32,000 bases of DNA from Gemmata obscuriglobus (GCF_008065095.1 NZ_CP042911.1:6450001-6482000), one strand, 5' to 3'. Shown: positions 1 through 17,927, counted from the first letter of the stretch. Made by a program: numbers and translations. The notes: generated by a model not told the origin, from the sequence alone.

Positions 1-1244
1 AAGATCGGGTGCGAGGTCTCGCAGAGCGTGTCACCGGTCACGGTGTCTTTCAGCCCGACGACGCACACGATGTCGCCCGCGGGGCCGGACTCCACCTCTT
101 CGAGCCCGCGCGCCGGGTCCGCGTGCACGTGGAACAGCTTCGCGACGTTCTCCTTCGCGTCCTTGCCAGGATTGAACGCCCGCATGTTGGGCTTCATCAC
201 CCCGGAGTACACCCGCACGAAGAACCGGTTGCCGCTCGGGTGCCACGCGGCCTTAAACACGAGGCCGCAGAACGGCTCCTTCGGGTCCGGCTTCCGCTTC
301 TGCTCCTTCTTCCCTTTGGGGTCGGTGCCCGTCACCGGCGGCCGATCGAACGGGCTCGGCAGGTACAGCGTTACCGCGTCGAGCAGCGGTTGGATGCCGA
401 TGTGTTCGCGCCCGCTCCCGGCCAGAACGGGGTAAATCTTGCGCGCGAGGCACTGTTCGCGCACCAGTTGCCGCACCTTCACGGGATCGGGGTCTTTGCC
501 GTCCAACACGACCGAGGTGATCAGGTCCTTCTCGTCGTGAGCGGTGAGCGCGTCGAACAGCTTCTCGCGGTACTCCTGGGCTTCAAGCAGGCTGTCTTCG
601 GGAATGTCGGCGACGCGCACCGTTTTGCCCAGATCGCCCGCGTCGAAGAACTTCGCCTTCATCTCGATGAGGTCGATCACCCCGCCGAACGGCGTGCGGC
701 TGTCCGCCGGCCCCCCGCTCCCGATGGGAATGACGATCGGGACCGGGCGCCCCTGCTCTTCGGGGTTCGGGGTGAGCCGGGAGTTGACCGACTCCAGGGT
801 GCGTGCGAAGTTCGCCCCGACCACGTCCATCTTGTTGACGAACACGAGCCGCGGCACGCCGTACCGGTTCGCCTGGCGCCACACGGTTTCGGACTGCGCC
901 TCCACGCCCTTCTGCCCGTCGAACACCACCACCGCGCCGTCGAGCACGCGGAGCGAGCGCTCCACCTCGGCGGTGAAGTCCACGTGCCCGGGGGTGTCGA
1001 TCAGGTTGATCGTGTGGCCGGCCCACTCGAACGGCACGCACGCCGAGTAAATCGTGATCCCGCGGGCCTGCTCTTCGGGGTCGTAGTCGGTGTCCGTCGT
1101 GCCCTCGTCCACGCCGCCGAGTTTGTGTTTGGCGGCGGCGTAGAACAGCAGGTGTTCTGTGGTGGTGGTTTTGCCCGCGTCGATGTGCGCGATGACCCCG
1201 AGGTTTCGGACGCGGGTCAGGTCGAATCCCTTATCTTTGGCCAT
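1..1244 (-). CDS. fusA: Elongation factor G, N-terminal ~414 codons; the 3' end runs off the window
   Basis: The reverse complement from 1244 reads MAKDKGFDLTRVRNLGVIAHIDAGKTTTTEHLLFY and continues to ...INLIDTPGHVDFTAEVE, giving the G1 and G3 motifs. It lies directly downstream of rpsL-rpsG as in the str operon. It is absent from the ORF track because it is open at position 1. Confidence 0.9.
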   Translation of the reverse strand, partial: MAKDKGFDLTRVRNLGVIAHIDAGKTTTTEHLLFYAAAKHKLGGVDEGTTDTDYDPEEQARGITIYSACVPFEWAGHTINLIDTPGHVDFTAEVERSLRVLDGAVVVFDGQKGVEAQSETVWRQANRYGVPRLVFVNKMDVVGANFARTLESVNSRLTPNPEEQGRPVPIVIPIGSGGPADSRTPFGGVIDLIEMKAKFFDAGDLGKTVRVADIPEDSLLEAQEYREKLFDALTAHDEKDLITSVVLDGKDPDPVKVRQLVREQCLARKIYPVLAGSGREHIGIQPLLDAVTLYLPSPFDRPPVTGTDPKGKKEQKRKPDPKEPFCGLVFKAAWHPSGNRFFVRVYSGVMKPNMRAFNPGKDAKENVAKLFHVHADPARGLEEVESGPAGDIVCVVGLKDTVTGDTLCETSHPI

Positions 1245-1413
1245 CGCAGCACCGGGGGTCGGGTATCAGGTCTCAGGGGTCAGTTTACGGGCTCCGCACT
1301 CCGGATCGAAACGCCGGCGAGCCAGCGCGGACGGGCGGACAAAAGGAAAGTGGCCAGTAACCGGCGCCGGGTTCGGCACGGGTCACTGACCACCGAGTGT
1401 TGATCGCGTGTAA

Positions 1414-1890
1414 TTACCAGGCGAAGTGGCTGAACGCCTTGTTGGCTTCGGCCATCTTGATGGTCTGCTCGCGCTTCGCCATCGCCTCGCCCTGGCGCTG
1501 GTAGGCCGCCATCAGCTCTTCCGCGAGGCGCAGGTACGTCGGCCGGCCGGACTTGGCGCGGATCGCGGCCAAGATCCAGCGGATCGCGAGGCTCTCGGCC
1601 CGCTTCGGCTTCACCTGCATCGGCACCTGGTAGTTCGCACCACCGACGCGCCGGGACCGCACTTCCAGCGTCGGCTTGATGTTGTTGAGCGCCTCGGTGA
1701 ACACCTGGATCGGGTCGGCGTCCGGCATGCGCTTCTTGATCTGGTCGAGCGCGTCGTAGACGACGCGAGTGGCGACGGACTTCTTACCGTCGCGCATCAG
1801 GCAGTTGATGAACTTGCTCAGGAAGAGGGACCCGTAGCGGGTGTCCGGAGCGAGCTTCGTGTAGCTGGCGGTGCGAGTTTTGGAGCCCAT
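1414..1890 (-). CDS. rpsG: 30S ribosomal protein S7
   Basis: 158-aa ORF with S7-typical sequence (RSRRVGGANYQVP, C-terminal NKAFSHFAW). It sits between rpsL and fusA. Confidence 0.95.
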   Translation of the reverse strand: MGSKTRTASYTKLAPDTRYGSLFLSKFINCLMRDGKKSVATRVVYDALDQIKKRMPDADPIQVFTEALNNIKPTLEVRSRRVGGANYQVPMQVKPKRAESLAIRWILAAIRAKSGRPTYLRLAEELMAAYQRQGEAMAKREQTIKMAEANKAFSHFAW

Positions 1891-1904
1891 TGTTCGTCAG
1901 TCTC

Positions 1905-2055
1905 AAGTCGTAAGGTCAAAAAGCCGTAAAGTCGTGAACCGAAAGGTTGTCGTCGACTCAACGACCGGTTTGTGTCCCTGCCGTCTTCTGTCAGCCGCAA
2001 GCCACGAAGTCGAATCGGAAGGCCTTAGTCATCAAGACCTTCGACCTTACGACTT
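1905..2055 (-). promoter_or_regulatory. Structured rpsL-rpsG intercistronic spacer closed by a long-range helix; possible S7 autoregulatory site
   Basis: 1905-1922 (aagtcgtaaggtcaaaaa) is complementary to 2038-2055 (ccttcgaccttacgactt). This gives 13 Watson-Crick bp (AAGUCGUAAGGUC/GACCUUACGACUU), extendable to ~22 bp with G-U pairs. The helix encloses ~115 nt of the 182-nt spacer. Confidence 0.35.
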
Positions 2056-2072
2056 TCAGACCTGAGACCGGC

Positions 2073-2447
2073 TTACTTGCCTTCCTTCTTCGCCCCGTAC
2101 TTCGAGCGGGCCTGCTTGCGGTCGGTGACCCCCTGGGAGTCGAGCACGCCGCGGACGATGTGGTAGCGGACGCCCGGCAGGTCGCGGACGCGGCCGCCGC
2201 GCACGAGCACGATCGAGTGCTCTTGCAGGTTGTGGCCTTCGCCCGGGATGTACGCCGTCACCTCGATGCCGTTCGACAAGCGGACACGGGCCACTTTACG
2301 CAGCGCCGAGTTCGGCTTCTTCGGGGTCATCGTCTTCACGACGGTACAAACGCCACGCTTCTGCGGGCACCCTTGCATGGCGGGGTGCTTGGGCTTGGAG
2401 CGCTGCGGGACCCGGGGGCTTTTGATCAGCTGGTTAATCGTCGGCAT
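2073..2447 (-). CDS. rpsL: 30S ribosomal protein S12
   Basis: Track ORF 2073..2567 trimmed to the internal ATG at 2447, giving [12 protein letters not shown]... (124 aa). S12 motifs [10 protein letters not shown] and [10 protein letters not shown] are present. Confidence 0.95.
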   Translation of the reverse strand: MPTINQLIKSPRVPQRSKPKHPAMQGCPQKRGVCTVVKTMTPKKPNSALRKVARVRLSNGIEVTAYIPGEGHNLQEHSIVLVRGGRVRDLPGVRYHIVRGVLDSQGVTDRKQARSKYGAKKEGK

Positions 2448-2530
2448 TGGCAAGTCCTGTTCAACCGTCGGCGCCGGCCGAACGGGAAATAGTATGTTAG
2501 TGGCTCGACCTGAACCGGGAAGAGCGCCCT

Positions 2531-2592
2531 CAGAAAAAGAGAGCCGGGGGCTGACAACAGGTCGCACACGGGTACGCCGCTGTCGTCAGCCC
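2531..2592 (-). terminator. Putative intrinsic terminator or attenuator downstream of rpoC
   Basis: On the minus strand, GGGCUGACGACAG (2592-2580) pairs with CUGUUGUCAGCCC (2560-2548). That is 13 bp with one G-U pair and a 19-nt loop, followed by CCGGCUCUCUUUUUCUG. It starts 12 nt after the rpoC stop. Confidence 0.5.
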
Positions 2593-2603
2593 TCTAACTT
2601 CGA

Positions 2604-6995
<4,392 letters not shown>

Positions 6996-7020
6996 GGTTC
7001 ACCTTGTATTTCAGAGGTCC

Positions 7021-7131
7021 GATTTATGATTGGCGATTTCACGGCGGATTGTCGGTGCCGCCGCGCCCCGGCCGGCGGCCGGGGCGGGCACAGCGTTTCA
7101 ATCTCAGATCAAAAATCAGCAATCACCAATC
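7021..7131 (-). repeat. Nested inverted repeats filling the rpoB-rpoC spacer
   Basis: Outer AT-rich arms 7021-7038 (gatttatgattggcgatt) and 7114-7131 (aatcagcaatcaccaatc) are complementary at 14 of 18 positions. The inner GC hairpin 7064-7086 (cgccccggcc ggc ggccggggcg) has a 10-bp perfect stem. The element begins immediately after the rpoB stop. Confidence 0.5.
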
Positions 7132-10896
<3,765 letters not shown>

Positions 10897-11348
10897 CGGT
10901 CGCTCCTTACCAGAAAAACACGAGCGCGACGCATCATGCACGCCGTTACCAATGCGGCAACGGGGCTTGCGTCGGTGAGCAACGAGCGTTATTGAAGAGT
11001 AGAGAAGGCTGTTCCCGCCGCAACCGCACGCGAAGGGCGCGCGACGAAGGACGGCTCGCGGAACACGACTCCCCCACACAGACCCGGCACACAAGGCGCC
11101 TGGTTCGCAGCGGGGACGTCAACGGTCATAGGCATGGTTTTGAATCGAAGAGGTACGACACATCGGAGCGAGTGGGTCGTGTACATTGTCACCACTGGCT
11201 ACGCGGAACCGCCCCTCTCACTCACATCTCAATCCCCGGTCGCGCTCGCGAGCGGCACCGGAAGCGACGAATAGCAAGTGAAGAGAGAACAGGGGTCGTA
11301 ACGGCCGTAACAGGGCGTGGCGCGACCACACGCCATACGACAATAATA

Positions 11349-11392
11349 CCCAGGCGGGGTGGAAAAGTCACCCCACCTGGGCATTTTTTTTG
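11349..11392. terminator. Intrinsic-terminator-like hairpin in the rplL-rpoB spacer; the T8 run is on the plus strand
   Basis: The stem 11349-11361 / 11369-11381 is 13 bp with one mismatch and has the loop gaaaagt. On the plus strand it is followed by CA + TTTTTTTT (11384-11391). Read on the minus strand it is preceded by A8 and followed by GUAUUAUUGUCG. It lies 55 nt downstream of the rplL stop. Confidence 0.55.
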
Positions 11393-11445
11393 CATCCCAC
11401 CAGGACCACCTAGTCGCTATCGACCAGGTGATCTTCGGAGCAAAA

Positions 11446-11832
11446 TTAGCCAGCCGGCTTGATGGAGACCTTCGCACCGGTCTCTTCCAGCTTCTTCTTG
11501 ACGTCTTCGGCGGTCTTCTTGTCCACACTTTCCTTGATCGACTTCGGCGCACCTTCGACCGTCGCCTTGGCTTCGCCGAGGCCCTGGCCGGTGATTTCGC
11601 GCACGACCTTGATCGTCTTCACCTTGTCGGTGAAGCTCTCCAGGATCACGTTAAACTCGGTCGCTTCAGCCGGCTTTTCGGCCGCAGCAACGGGACCCGT
11701 GGGAGCAGCGACCGCAACCGCGCCAGCGGCCGGCTCGATCTGATACTTATCCTTGAGGTAGGTCTTGAGTTCAACAGCCTGAACGAGGGTGAGGCCAGCG
11801 AGAGCGTCGCCGAGTTCTTGAACGGAAGCCAT
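11446..11832 (-). CDS. rplL: 50S ribosomal protein L7/L12
   Basis: 128-aa ORF with an Ala/Pro hinge ([20 protein letters not shown]) and the C-terminal domain [15 protein letters not shown]...[11 protein letters not shown]. Confidence 0.95.
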   Translation of the reverse strand: MASVQELGDALAGLTLVQAVELKTYLKDKYQIEPAAGAVAVAAPTGPVAAAEKPAEATEFNVILESFTDKVKTIKVVREITGQGLGEAKATVEGAPKSIKESVDKKTAEDVKKKLEETGAKVSIKPAG

Positions 11833-11953
11833 GACTTCGATCCTTTGGTGAATGCGCCGGGTGAAGCGATCCGGCTAGGTGCGTAATAGCTGGTCAGGTT
11901 AAAAGCCCGAGCCACACTCGGGCTCAAATAGACAATTAAAATCCCAACAGAGT

Positions 11954-12505
11954 TCAGCTAGCAGCAGCAGGGGCCGCAGCCCCTTCGCTCTGCTTCTCTT
12001 CGATCGCCTTAAGAATCCCGGCGAGCTCCGCACCCGGCGCCATGAGAGCACCGGCCAGAGCGGCCCCCGGCGCAAGGACGGCGGCGACAACCTCGCCAAT
12101 CGCCTCTTGCTTGGTCGGCACCTTGGCGAGCTGCGCCAGGGTCATGATCTCGCCGTCAGCGATGCCGGTCTTTTCTTTGACCTTCTCAGGCACCTTCAAG
12201 TCCGGACGGAGCAGCTTGAGAGCAGCCTCCACTGCGGTCCCAAGAGCCTTCGCGCTGTCGGCACCCCAGCACAGAAGGGTCGGGCCGGAGCCCGTTTCCA
12301 CCTTCATGCCGTTCTCGCTGAACACCTTCCGCACGAAGCTGTTCTTGACCATCTTCACTCGAACCTTCTTCTCACGAAGGCTCTTCCGAAGCGTATAGTC
12401 AGCCGCGGAGTCCAGCTTCAGCGGTTCCAGCAGAACGAAGTCCCGCACACCCTGAAAGGTCTTGCGGAGGCTGTTCAACTCCAGTTCTTTGATCTTCTTG
12501 CTCAT
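11954..12505 (-). CDS. rplJ: 50S ribosomal protein L10
   Basis: 183-aa ORF immediately upstream of rplL. It has an L10-like N-terminal region and an Ala-rich C-terminal helix (L12-binding type). Confidence 0.9.
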   Translation of the reverse strand: MSKKIKELELNSLRKTFQGVRDFVLLEPLKLDSAADYTLRKSLREKKVRVKMVKNSFVRKVFSENGMKVETGSGPTLLCWGADSAKALGTAVEAALKLLRPDLKVPEKVKEKTGIADGEIMTLAQLAKVPTKQEAIGEVVAAVLAPGAALAGALMAPGAELAGILKAIEEKQSEGAAAPAAAS

Positions 12506-12506
12506 T

Positions 12507-12611
12507 GGTGTCTCGTGTTTGGCGCCTTGTGCTCAGTGTTTTGCAACCGGAACTTGCTCGCCAGCACACAAGGGCGGCAAGCAAAGCGCCGGACACAAAA
12601 CACGAAACACC
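12507..12611 (-). promoter_or_regulatory. Structured rplJ leader (L10-leader-like)
   Basis: In the RNA, 5' GGUGUUUCGUGUUU (12611-12598) pairs with AAACACGAGACACC (12520-12507), 14 bp with one G-U pair. GGCGC (12590-12586) pairs with GCGCC (12526-12522). The 3' arm ends 1 nt before the rplJ ATG, so it would occlude the ribosome-binding region. An internal hairpin GCUUGCCGCC...GGCGAGCAAG is also present. Confidence 0.4.
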
Positions 12612-12616
12612 AATTA

Positions 12617-13486
12617 TTAGATCGACAACCGGATGCCCGGCGACATGGTGGCCGAGAGCACGACGCCGTTGATGAAGTTCCCCTTGACGCCCGAAGGCTT
12701 CACGGAGCGAATCTGCTCAACGAAGGTCGTAATGTTCTCAACGAGCTTCTGCTCGTCGAAGCTCAACTTGCCGACACCAGCGTGGATCTGACCCGTCTTG
12801 TCGGTGCGGTACTCGACCTTGCCGGCCTTGAACTCCCGCACGACCTGGGCGAGATCGCCGGTCGCGGGCACCACCGTACCGGCCTTCGGCGTGGGCATCA
12901 GGCCGCGCGGGCCGAGCACCTTACCGAGCCGGGACACCTGGCCCATCATGGCCTGCACCGCGAGCACCACGTCGAACTCGAGGAAGTTTTCTTTTTGAAC
13001 CTTCTCAACGAGATCCGCCCCGCCAACGACATCTGCACCAGCGGCCTTCGCCTTGGCGACATCGTCACCCGAGCAGAACACCGCGACGCGAACACTCTTA
13101 CCGATCCCGTGCGGAAGCGGAATTGCGCCACGAACCATCTGGTCCGACTGGGTCGGGTCGATGCCGAGGTTGATGTGCAACTCGACGGTTTCGTCGAACT
13201 TGGCCCGCTTTAACTTCTTCAGCTCAGCGACAGCCTGCTTGACCGGGATCGAGCCGGCGTCTTCGAGTTTCTTCTTGACGTTGTTCAGGTGGTTACGAAG
13301 CTTCTTGCCGCGGCGGGGACCCACGCCCGGCTTTTTGTTCTTCTTGGCCTGCGGCAACTCGGCCTCAACAACCTTCTTCTCAACCGCTTCGACCGCGGCG
13401 GGCGCCGGCGAGTCGGCGGGCGGAGTTGCAGGAGCAGCCAGCGCCACTTCAGCCCCCGCAACAGCGGGTTCGTTCTCGTTCGCCAT
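12617..13486 (-). CDS. rplA: 50S ribosomal protein L1 with a ~60-75 aa Ala/Pro/Glu-rich N-terminal extension
   Basis: The L1 core runs from ...[52 protein letters not shown] to the C-terminus. The start is taken as the ATG at 13486 (MANENEPAV). The track start at 13531 is a GTG and cannot be excluded. Confidence 0.88.
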   Translation of the reverse strand: MANENEPAVAGAEVALAAPATPPADSPAPAAVEAVEKKVVEAELPQAKKNKKPGVGPRRGKKLRNHLNNVKKKLEDAGSIPVKQAVAELKKLKRAKFDETVELHINLGIDPTQSDQMVRGAIPLPHGIGKSVRVAVFCSGDDVAKAKAAGADVVGGADLVEKVQKENFLEFDVVLAVQAMMGQVSRLGKVLGPRGLMPTPKAGTVVPATGDLAQVVREFKAGKVEYRTDKTGQIHAGVGKLSFDEQKLVENITTFVEQIRSVKPSGVKGNFINGVVLSATMSPGIRLSI

Positions 13487-13669
13487 AATCTCGTTTCTCT
13501 CGGTAGCGGGGGTCACAGCGGCGATCGCCACCGTTACAGCCCCTCCCGCCGCGTGCCCAAAAAGCTGCGGCGGTATGAGAAGATATCAATTACAACACCA
13601 AACGCGTGCCGACAAGAAGCCCGCACGCGTTTTTCAGCCACTTTTAACGGACCAAAAACGCACGGAACC

Positions 13670-14137
13670 TCAACCTTCAACCACGGTCAGCCCCATGCTC
13701 CGGGCCGTACCTTCGATGATCCGCATCGCGTGATCAACATCACGAGCGTTCAGGTCCGCTTGCTTCTGCGCGGCGATGTCCCGCACTTGCTTCTTGGTGA
13801 CGCTGTGATTCTTGTACTTGCCCTGCTTCTTGGCGTCGGCGGGGATCACTTCCTTGCCGGCCTTCTTCGCGTGCGGAATCTTGGCCGCGAGCTTCAGCAG
13901 AATGGCCGCGGGCGGGCTCTTGATTTTGAACTCGAAGCTCTTGTCCGAGTAGACCGTGATCACGACCGGCAACATCAAGCCCTTCATCTCGGGCTTGTTG
14001 GTCTTGTCGTTGAACTGCTTCACGAACATGCCGATGTTCACGCCGTGCGCACCGAGCGCGGGACCGACCGGCGGGGCGGGCGTTGCCGACCCACCCGGGC
14101 ACTGGAGCTTGACCTGCGCGGTTACCTGCTTCGCCAT
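13670..14137 (-). CDS. rplK: 50S ribosomal protein L11
   Basis: 155-aa ORF starting [43 protein letters not shown] (L11 N-terminal domain). It carries a ~13-aa Lys-rich insertion ([22 protein letters not shown]) relative to typical 141-aa L11. Confidence 0.95.
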   Translation of the reverse strand: MAKQVTAQVKLQCPGGSATPAPPVGPALGAHGVNIGMFVKQFNDKTNKPEMKGLMLPVVITVYSDKSFEFKIKSPPAAILLKLAAKIPHAKKAGKEVIPADAKKQGKYKNHSVTKKQVRDIAAQKQADLNARDVDHAMRIIEGTARSMGLTVVEG

Positions 14138-14216
14138 TACTGCACCTGAGCCGGATTGATCTTTTTCAAAACGTGTATCTTAGGCGGAGGCCACAGCATG
14201 GCCACAGAATTTACAG

Positions 14217-14266
14217 CACAACTGCCCCTCCCAGTAACACGACGGCTACCAAGAGGGGCAGTTGTG
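14217..14266 (-). terminator. Hairpin between nusG and rplK; possible attenuator or terminator
   Basis: A 14-bp perfect stem (cacaactgcccctc 14217-14230 / gaggggcagttgtg 14253-14266) with a 22-nt loop. On the minus strand it is followed by CUGUAAAUUCUG. It starts 20 nt after the nusG stop. Confidence 0.35.
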
Positions 14267-14285
14267 TTGGGAAACGCCGTGAGGC

Positions 14286-15179
14286 TCACGCCTTGGTCAC
14301 CTGCCAGTATTCCAACTCAACATCAAGAGGCCGGCCCCAGAACGTCACGGTCACGATAACCTTGGGCGGGTCGGTGGGGTCCTTCGGCAGGATCACGTCT
14401 TTCACGTCACCTTCGGAGTCCTTGAACGACCCTTCCTTGATCCGGACGCGATCACCCTTCTCAAAGTCCACCTTGACCTTGGTCGGCCCCTTCTCCGGCC
14501 CGACCTTCTCGCCGAGCATCTGCTTCACTTCAGCATCGCTCATCGGCTCCGGCACCGGCGTATCGTTCGGGCGCGGACGGAGCTTCAGAAAATCGCCGAC
14601 CCCGCTGGTTTCGCGAATGAGGTACAGGAGCCGGTCGTTGAACTCCAGCTCCGCGAAAATGTAGCCCTGAAACTTCTTGACCTTTCGCTCGACCTTTCGC
14701 TCGACCGTATTATACTCGCCTGTTTTCTTATCTTTGACCTTGACCGCTTTCTTCTCGATCACCTTTTCGACCGGCACCATGATCTGGCCGAACACGTCTT
14801 CCAAACCTTCGATCGCGATCTTGCGCAGAATGGCAGCCTTGATCGTGTCCTCACGACCACTCTGCACCTTAATCGCATACCACTTCTTTTTGTTCTCGGG
14901 CACCTCTTCGGCGGAGTCAACATCCCCTTCCGAATGCGGAGGAACCTCGCCTTCCACATCCTCAGACACGGCGGCACGATCTTCGCTGACTACAGCCCCT
15001 GCAGACTCGCCGGCTACGATCTCAGCCGCTTCCTCACTCACGTGAGAGCCGTCCGGCACGGGCAGAGATTCGGCAGCCGCGACCTCCGCGTCACCCGACC
15101 CATCGGCAGTCAAATCCGGGCTGGACGCCGCGGCGGGCGACTCATTTACAGCAGCATCGGCGGCGACATTGTCACTCAT
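14286..15179 (-). CDS. nusG: Transcription termination/antitermination factor NusG with a ~100-aa acidic N-terminal extension
   Basis: The NGN core is KKKWYAIKVQSGREDT...FQGYIFAELE, and the KOW region is FEKGDRVRIKEGSFKDSEGDVKDV...VTVTFWGRPLDVELEYWQVTKA. The start is set to the ATG at 15179 (MSDNVAAD), which has GGAAGG ~9 nt upstream. The track start at 15224 would overlap the secE stop. Confidence 0.9.
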   Translation of the reverse strand: MSDNVAADAAVNESPAAASSPDLTADGSGDAEVAAAESLPVPDGSHVSEEAAEIVAGESAGAVVSEDRAAVSEDVEGEVPPHSEGDVDSAEEVPENKKKWYAIKVQSGREDTIKAAILRKIAIEGLEDVFGQIMVPVEKVIEKKAVKVKDKKTGEYNTVERKVERKVKKFQGYIFAELEFNDRLLYLIRETSGVGDFLKLRPRPNDTPVPEPMSDAEVKQMLGEKVGPEKGPTKVKVDFEKGDRVRIKEGSFKDSEGDVKDVILPKDPTDPPKVIVTVTFWGRPLDVELEYWQVTKA

Positions 15180-15217
15180 GTTGCTTCGGCCTTCCGGCCG
15201 CCTCGCAGGAACCCGCG

Positions 15218-16192
15218 TCACCACTTCGCTTCTTGAACCTGCGCGCCCTTATCGGCGTTCGTCGCCCGCGCCGGGAGCACCCCGACCGTTTGCCGACTCA
15301 ACAGCCAGCCCCAGAACAGGTCGACCGCGAGCAGAAACACGGTCATCAGCAAGGTCGTAACCAGCACCACGACGGTGTCCTGCGCGAGCCTCTTGCGAGT
15401 GGACCAGGACACCTTGTTCATCTCCGCCTCGGTGGCGATGAGGAACTCGGCGAAGTCCGGCACATTAACCGCACGCAGCGACACCCAAAGCGTCACGGCA
15501 ACGAGCAGGGCAAGCACGACCACCTTCGCACCGATCGTCAGCAGGAAGCCGTGCATCAGCGGCACCGAACGCCAACCGAACGGCAAGGTCAATTCAAGCT
15601 GCTCACCAACCAGTCCGTTCGTGAACATCGACCACGCACCGGACACGCCGATAATGAGCACCCCGAGTATGGTGAGGCGCCGAACCTTCACCCCGAGCGA
15701 CCGCTTATACTGGTGCGTCGTGAACCACCCCTGTTCTTCGAGCATCACCATCCACTTCGCTCCGGTCACGCCGGCAAGAAACCGAACGGCACCGAACGCG
15801 AGAGCCAGGGCAACCACGCCAGCGACCGCCATTCCGGGCGGCCCTTCAATATTCATCGCAAACGCGCGGGCCACGAAGAAGATGGCAATCACAGCCGAAA
15901 TGACGAGAAAAATGCCGGCGTGCGTGCCCTTTGGAGGGTTGCCGGCAATTTTGAATCCGACCCAACTGAGCCCGATCAGCGCCGCCACCTCGGCAGTAAA
16001 CCAAAGCAGGTAATCTGCCGGCCGACTGCCGATCGACGGCGAGACACTTTGTGACCAGAACAGTGGGATCACATAAAGCACGATAGCCAGCACGGCGACG
16101 ACATAGATCGCCCCGAGCAAGCTTGCGACGGGCAGACTCAACGACTGACCCGGAGTGCTGGGTGCGGAACTGGTTTCAACGGCAGTCGCCAT
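15218..16192 (-). CDS. secE: Preprotein translocase subunit SecE fused to a ~260-aa polytopic N-terminal membrane region
   Basis: The C-terminal 70 aa (FLIATEAEMNKVSWSTRKRLAQDTVVVLVTTLLMTVFLLAVDLFWGWLL) form a SecE core in the canonical position between tRNA-Trp and nusG. They are preceded by ~6-7 hydrophobic segments. The start is set to the ATG at 16192 (MATAVETS), with GGAGAGGACGGAG upstream. Confidence 0.8.
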   Translation of the reverse strand: MATAVETSSAPSTPGQSLSLPVASLLGAIYVVAVLAIVLYVIPLFWSQSVSPSIGSRPADYLLWFTAEVAALIGLSWVGFKIAGNPPKGTHAGIFLVISAVIAIFFVARAFAMNIEGPPGMAVAGVVALALAFGAVRFLAGVTGAKWMVMLEEQGWFTTHQYKRSLGVKVRRLTILGVLIIGVSGAWSMFTNGLVGEQLELTLPFGWRSVPLMHGFLLTIGAKVVVLALLVAVTLWVSLRAVNVPDFAEFLIATEAEMNKVSWSTRKRLAQDTVVVLVTTLLMTVFLLAVDLFWGWLLSRQTVGVLPARATNADKGAQVQEAKW

Positions 16193-16313
16193 GCTCCGTC
16201 CTCTCCATCCCTGTCGTGACCGCAACCGCCGACCCGGCGCCTGGGGCGCATCTTCGGCGCGTCAATAAGCGGCGTGAAGTAAACGAGTTGCGGCACAACT
16301 GCCGCATTGAGCC

Positions 16314-16360
16314 AACCGGCCGCCGAGAAGGGATTTATTTCCCCTTCTCGGCGGCCGGTT
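16314..16360. repeat. 19-bp perfect GC-rich hairpin between tRNA-Trp and secE
   Basis: aaccggccgccgagaaggg (16314-16332), a 9-nt AT-rich loop atttatttc, then cccttctcggcggccggtt (16342-16360). No U-tract follows in either orientation. A second 7-bp hairpin (tgcggca caac tgccgca) lies at 16289-16306. Confidence 0.7.
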
Positions 16361-16446
16361 GAAACTCGACGACTGCTTCAGTGCCGCACTAGCTTGGCAA
16401 GCGACGGCACCCACTCGGCCGCTAACGGCCAACCGATCCGCGACAG

Positions 16447-16518
16447 CACGAGCGGAGGGATTTGAACCCCCAACCGACGGTTTTGGAAACCGTTGCTCTA
16501 CCGTTGAGCTACGCTCGT
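16447..16518 (-). tRNA. trpT: tRNA-Trp (anticodon CCA)
   Basis: The reverse complement folds as a cloverleaf: acceptor ACGAGCG/CGCUCGU, D arm GCUC-AACGGUA-GAGC, anticodon arm ACGGU-UUCCAAA-ACCGU, T arm GGGGG-UUCAAAU-CCCUC, discriminator G. The A1-U72 pair is typical of bacterial tRNA-Trp. No encoded CCA. Confidence 0.9.
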
Positions 16519-16622
16519 AGCTCAGGGATCGGAAATCAGGCGTCAATAGTCAGTGGACGCACACCTCAACAACTCTCGCCCACCACCTACTTACCGACTC
16601 TGATCCCCACCCCTGGCAACAA

Positions 16623-17927
<1,305 letters not shown>

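Noticed and set aside
9-1403. 464-aa plus-strand ORF at the window start
   Set aside because: It is the antisense of EF-G. The minus-strand frame reads a canonical EF-G N-terminus with G1 and G3 motifs, and it is missing from the track only because it is open at position 1.
10989-11462. ORFs inside the rplL-rpoB spacer: 10992..11462 + (156 aa) and 10989..11195 - (68 aa, potential rpoB upstream ORF)
   Set aside because: Their composition is Arg-rich or odd, no RBS is evident, and the region has lower GC and is hairpin-rich like non-coding RNA. A short regulatory uORF cannot be excluded, but nothing in the sequence supports one.
15180-15224. The longer nusG start at 15224 given by the ORF track
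   Set aside because: It would overlap the secE stop (15218) and adds an Arg-rich MVTRVPARRPEGRSN peptide. The ATG at 15179 has a GGAAGG RBS-like element at suitable spacing.
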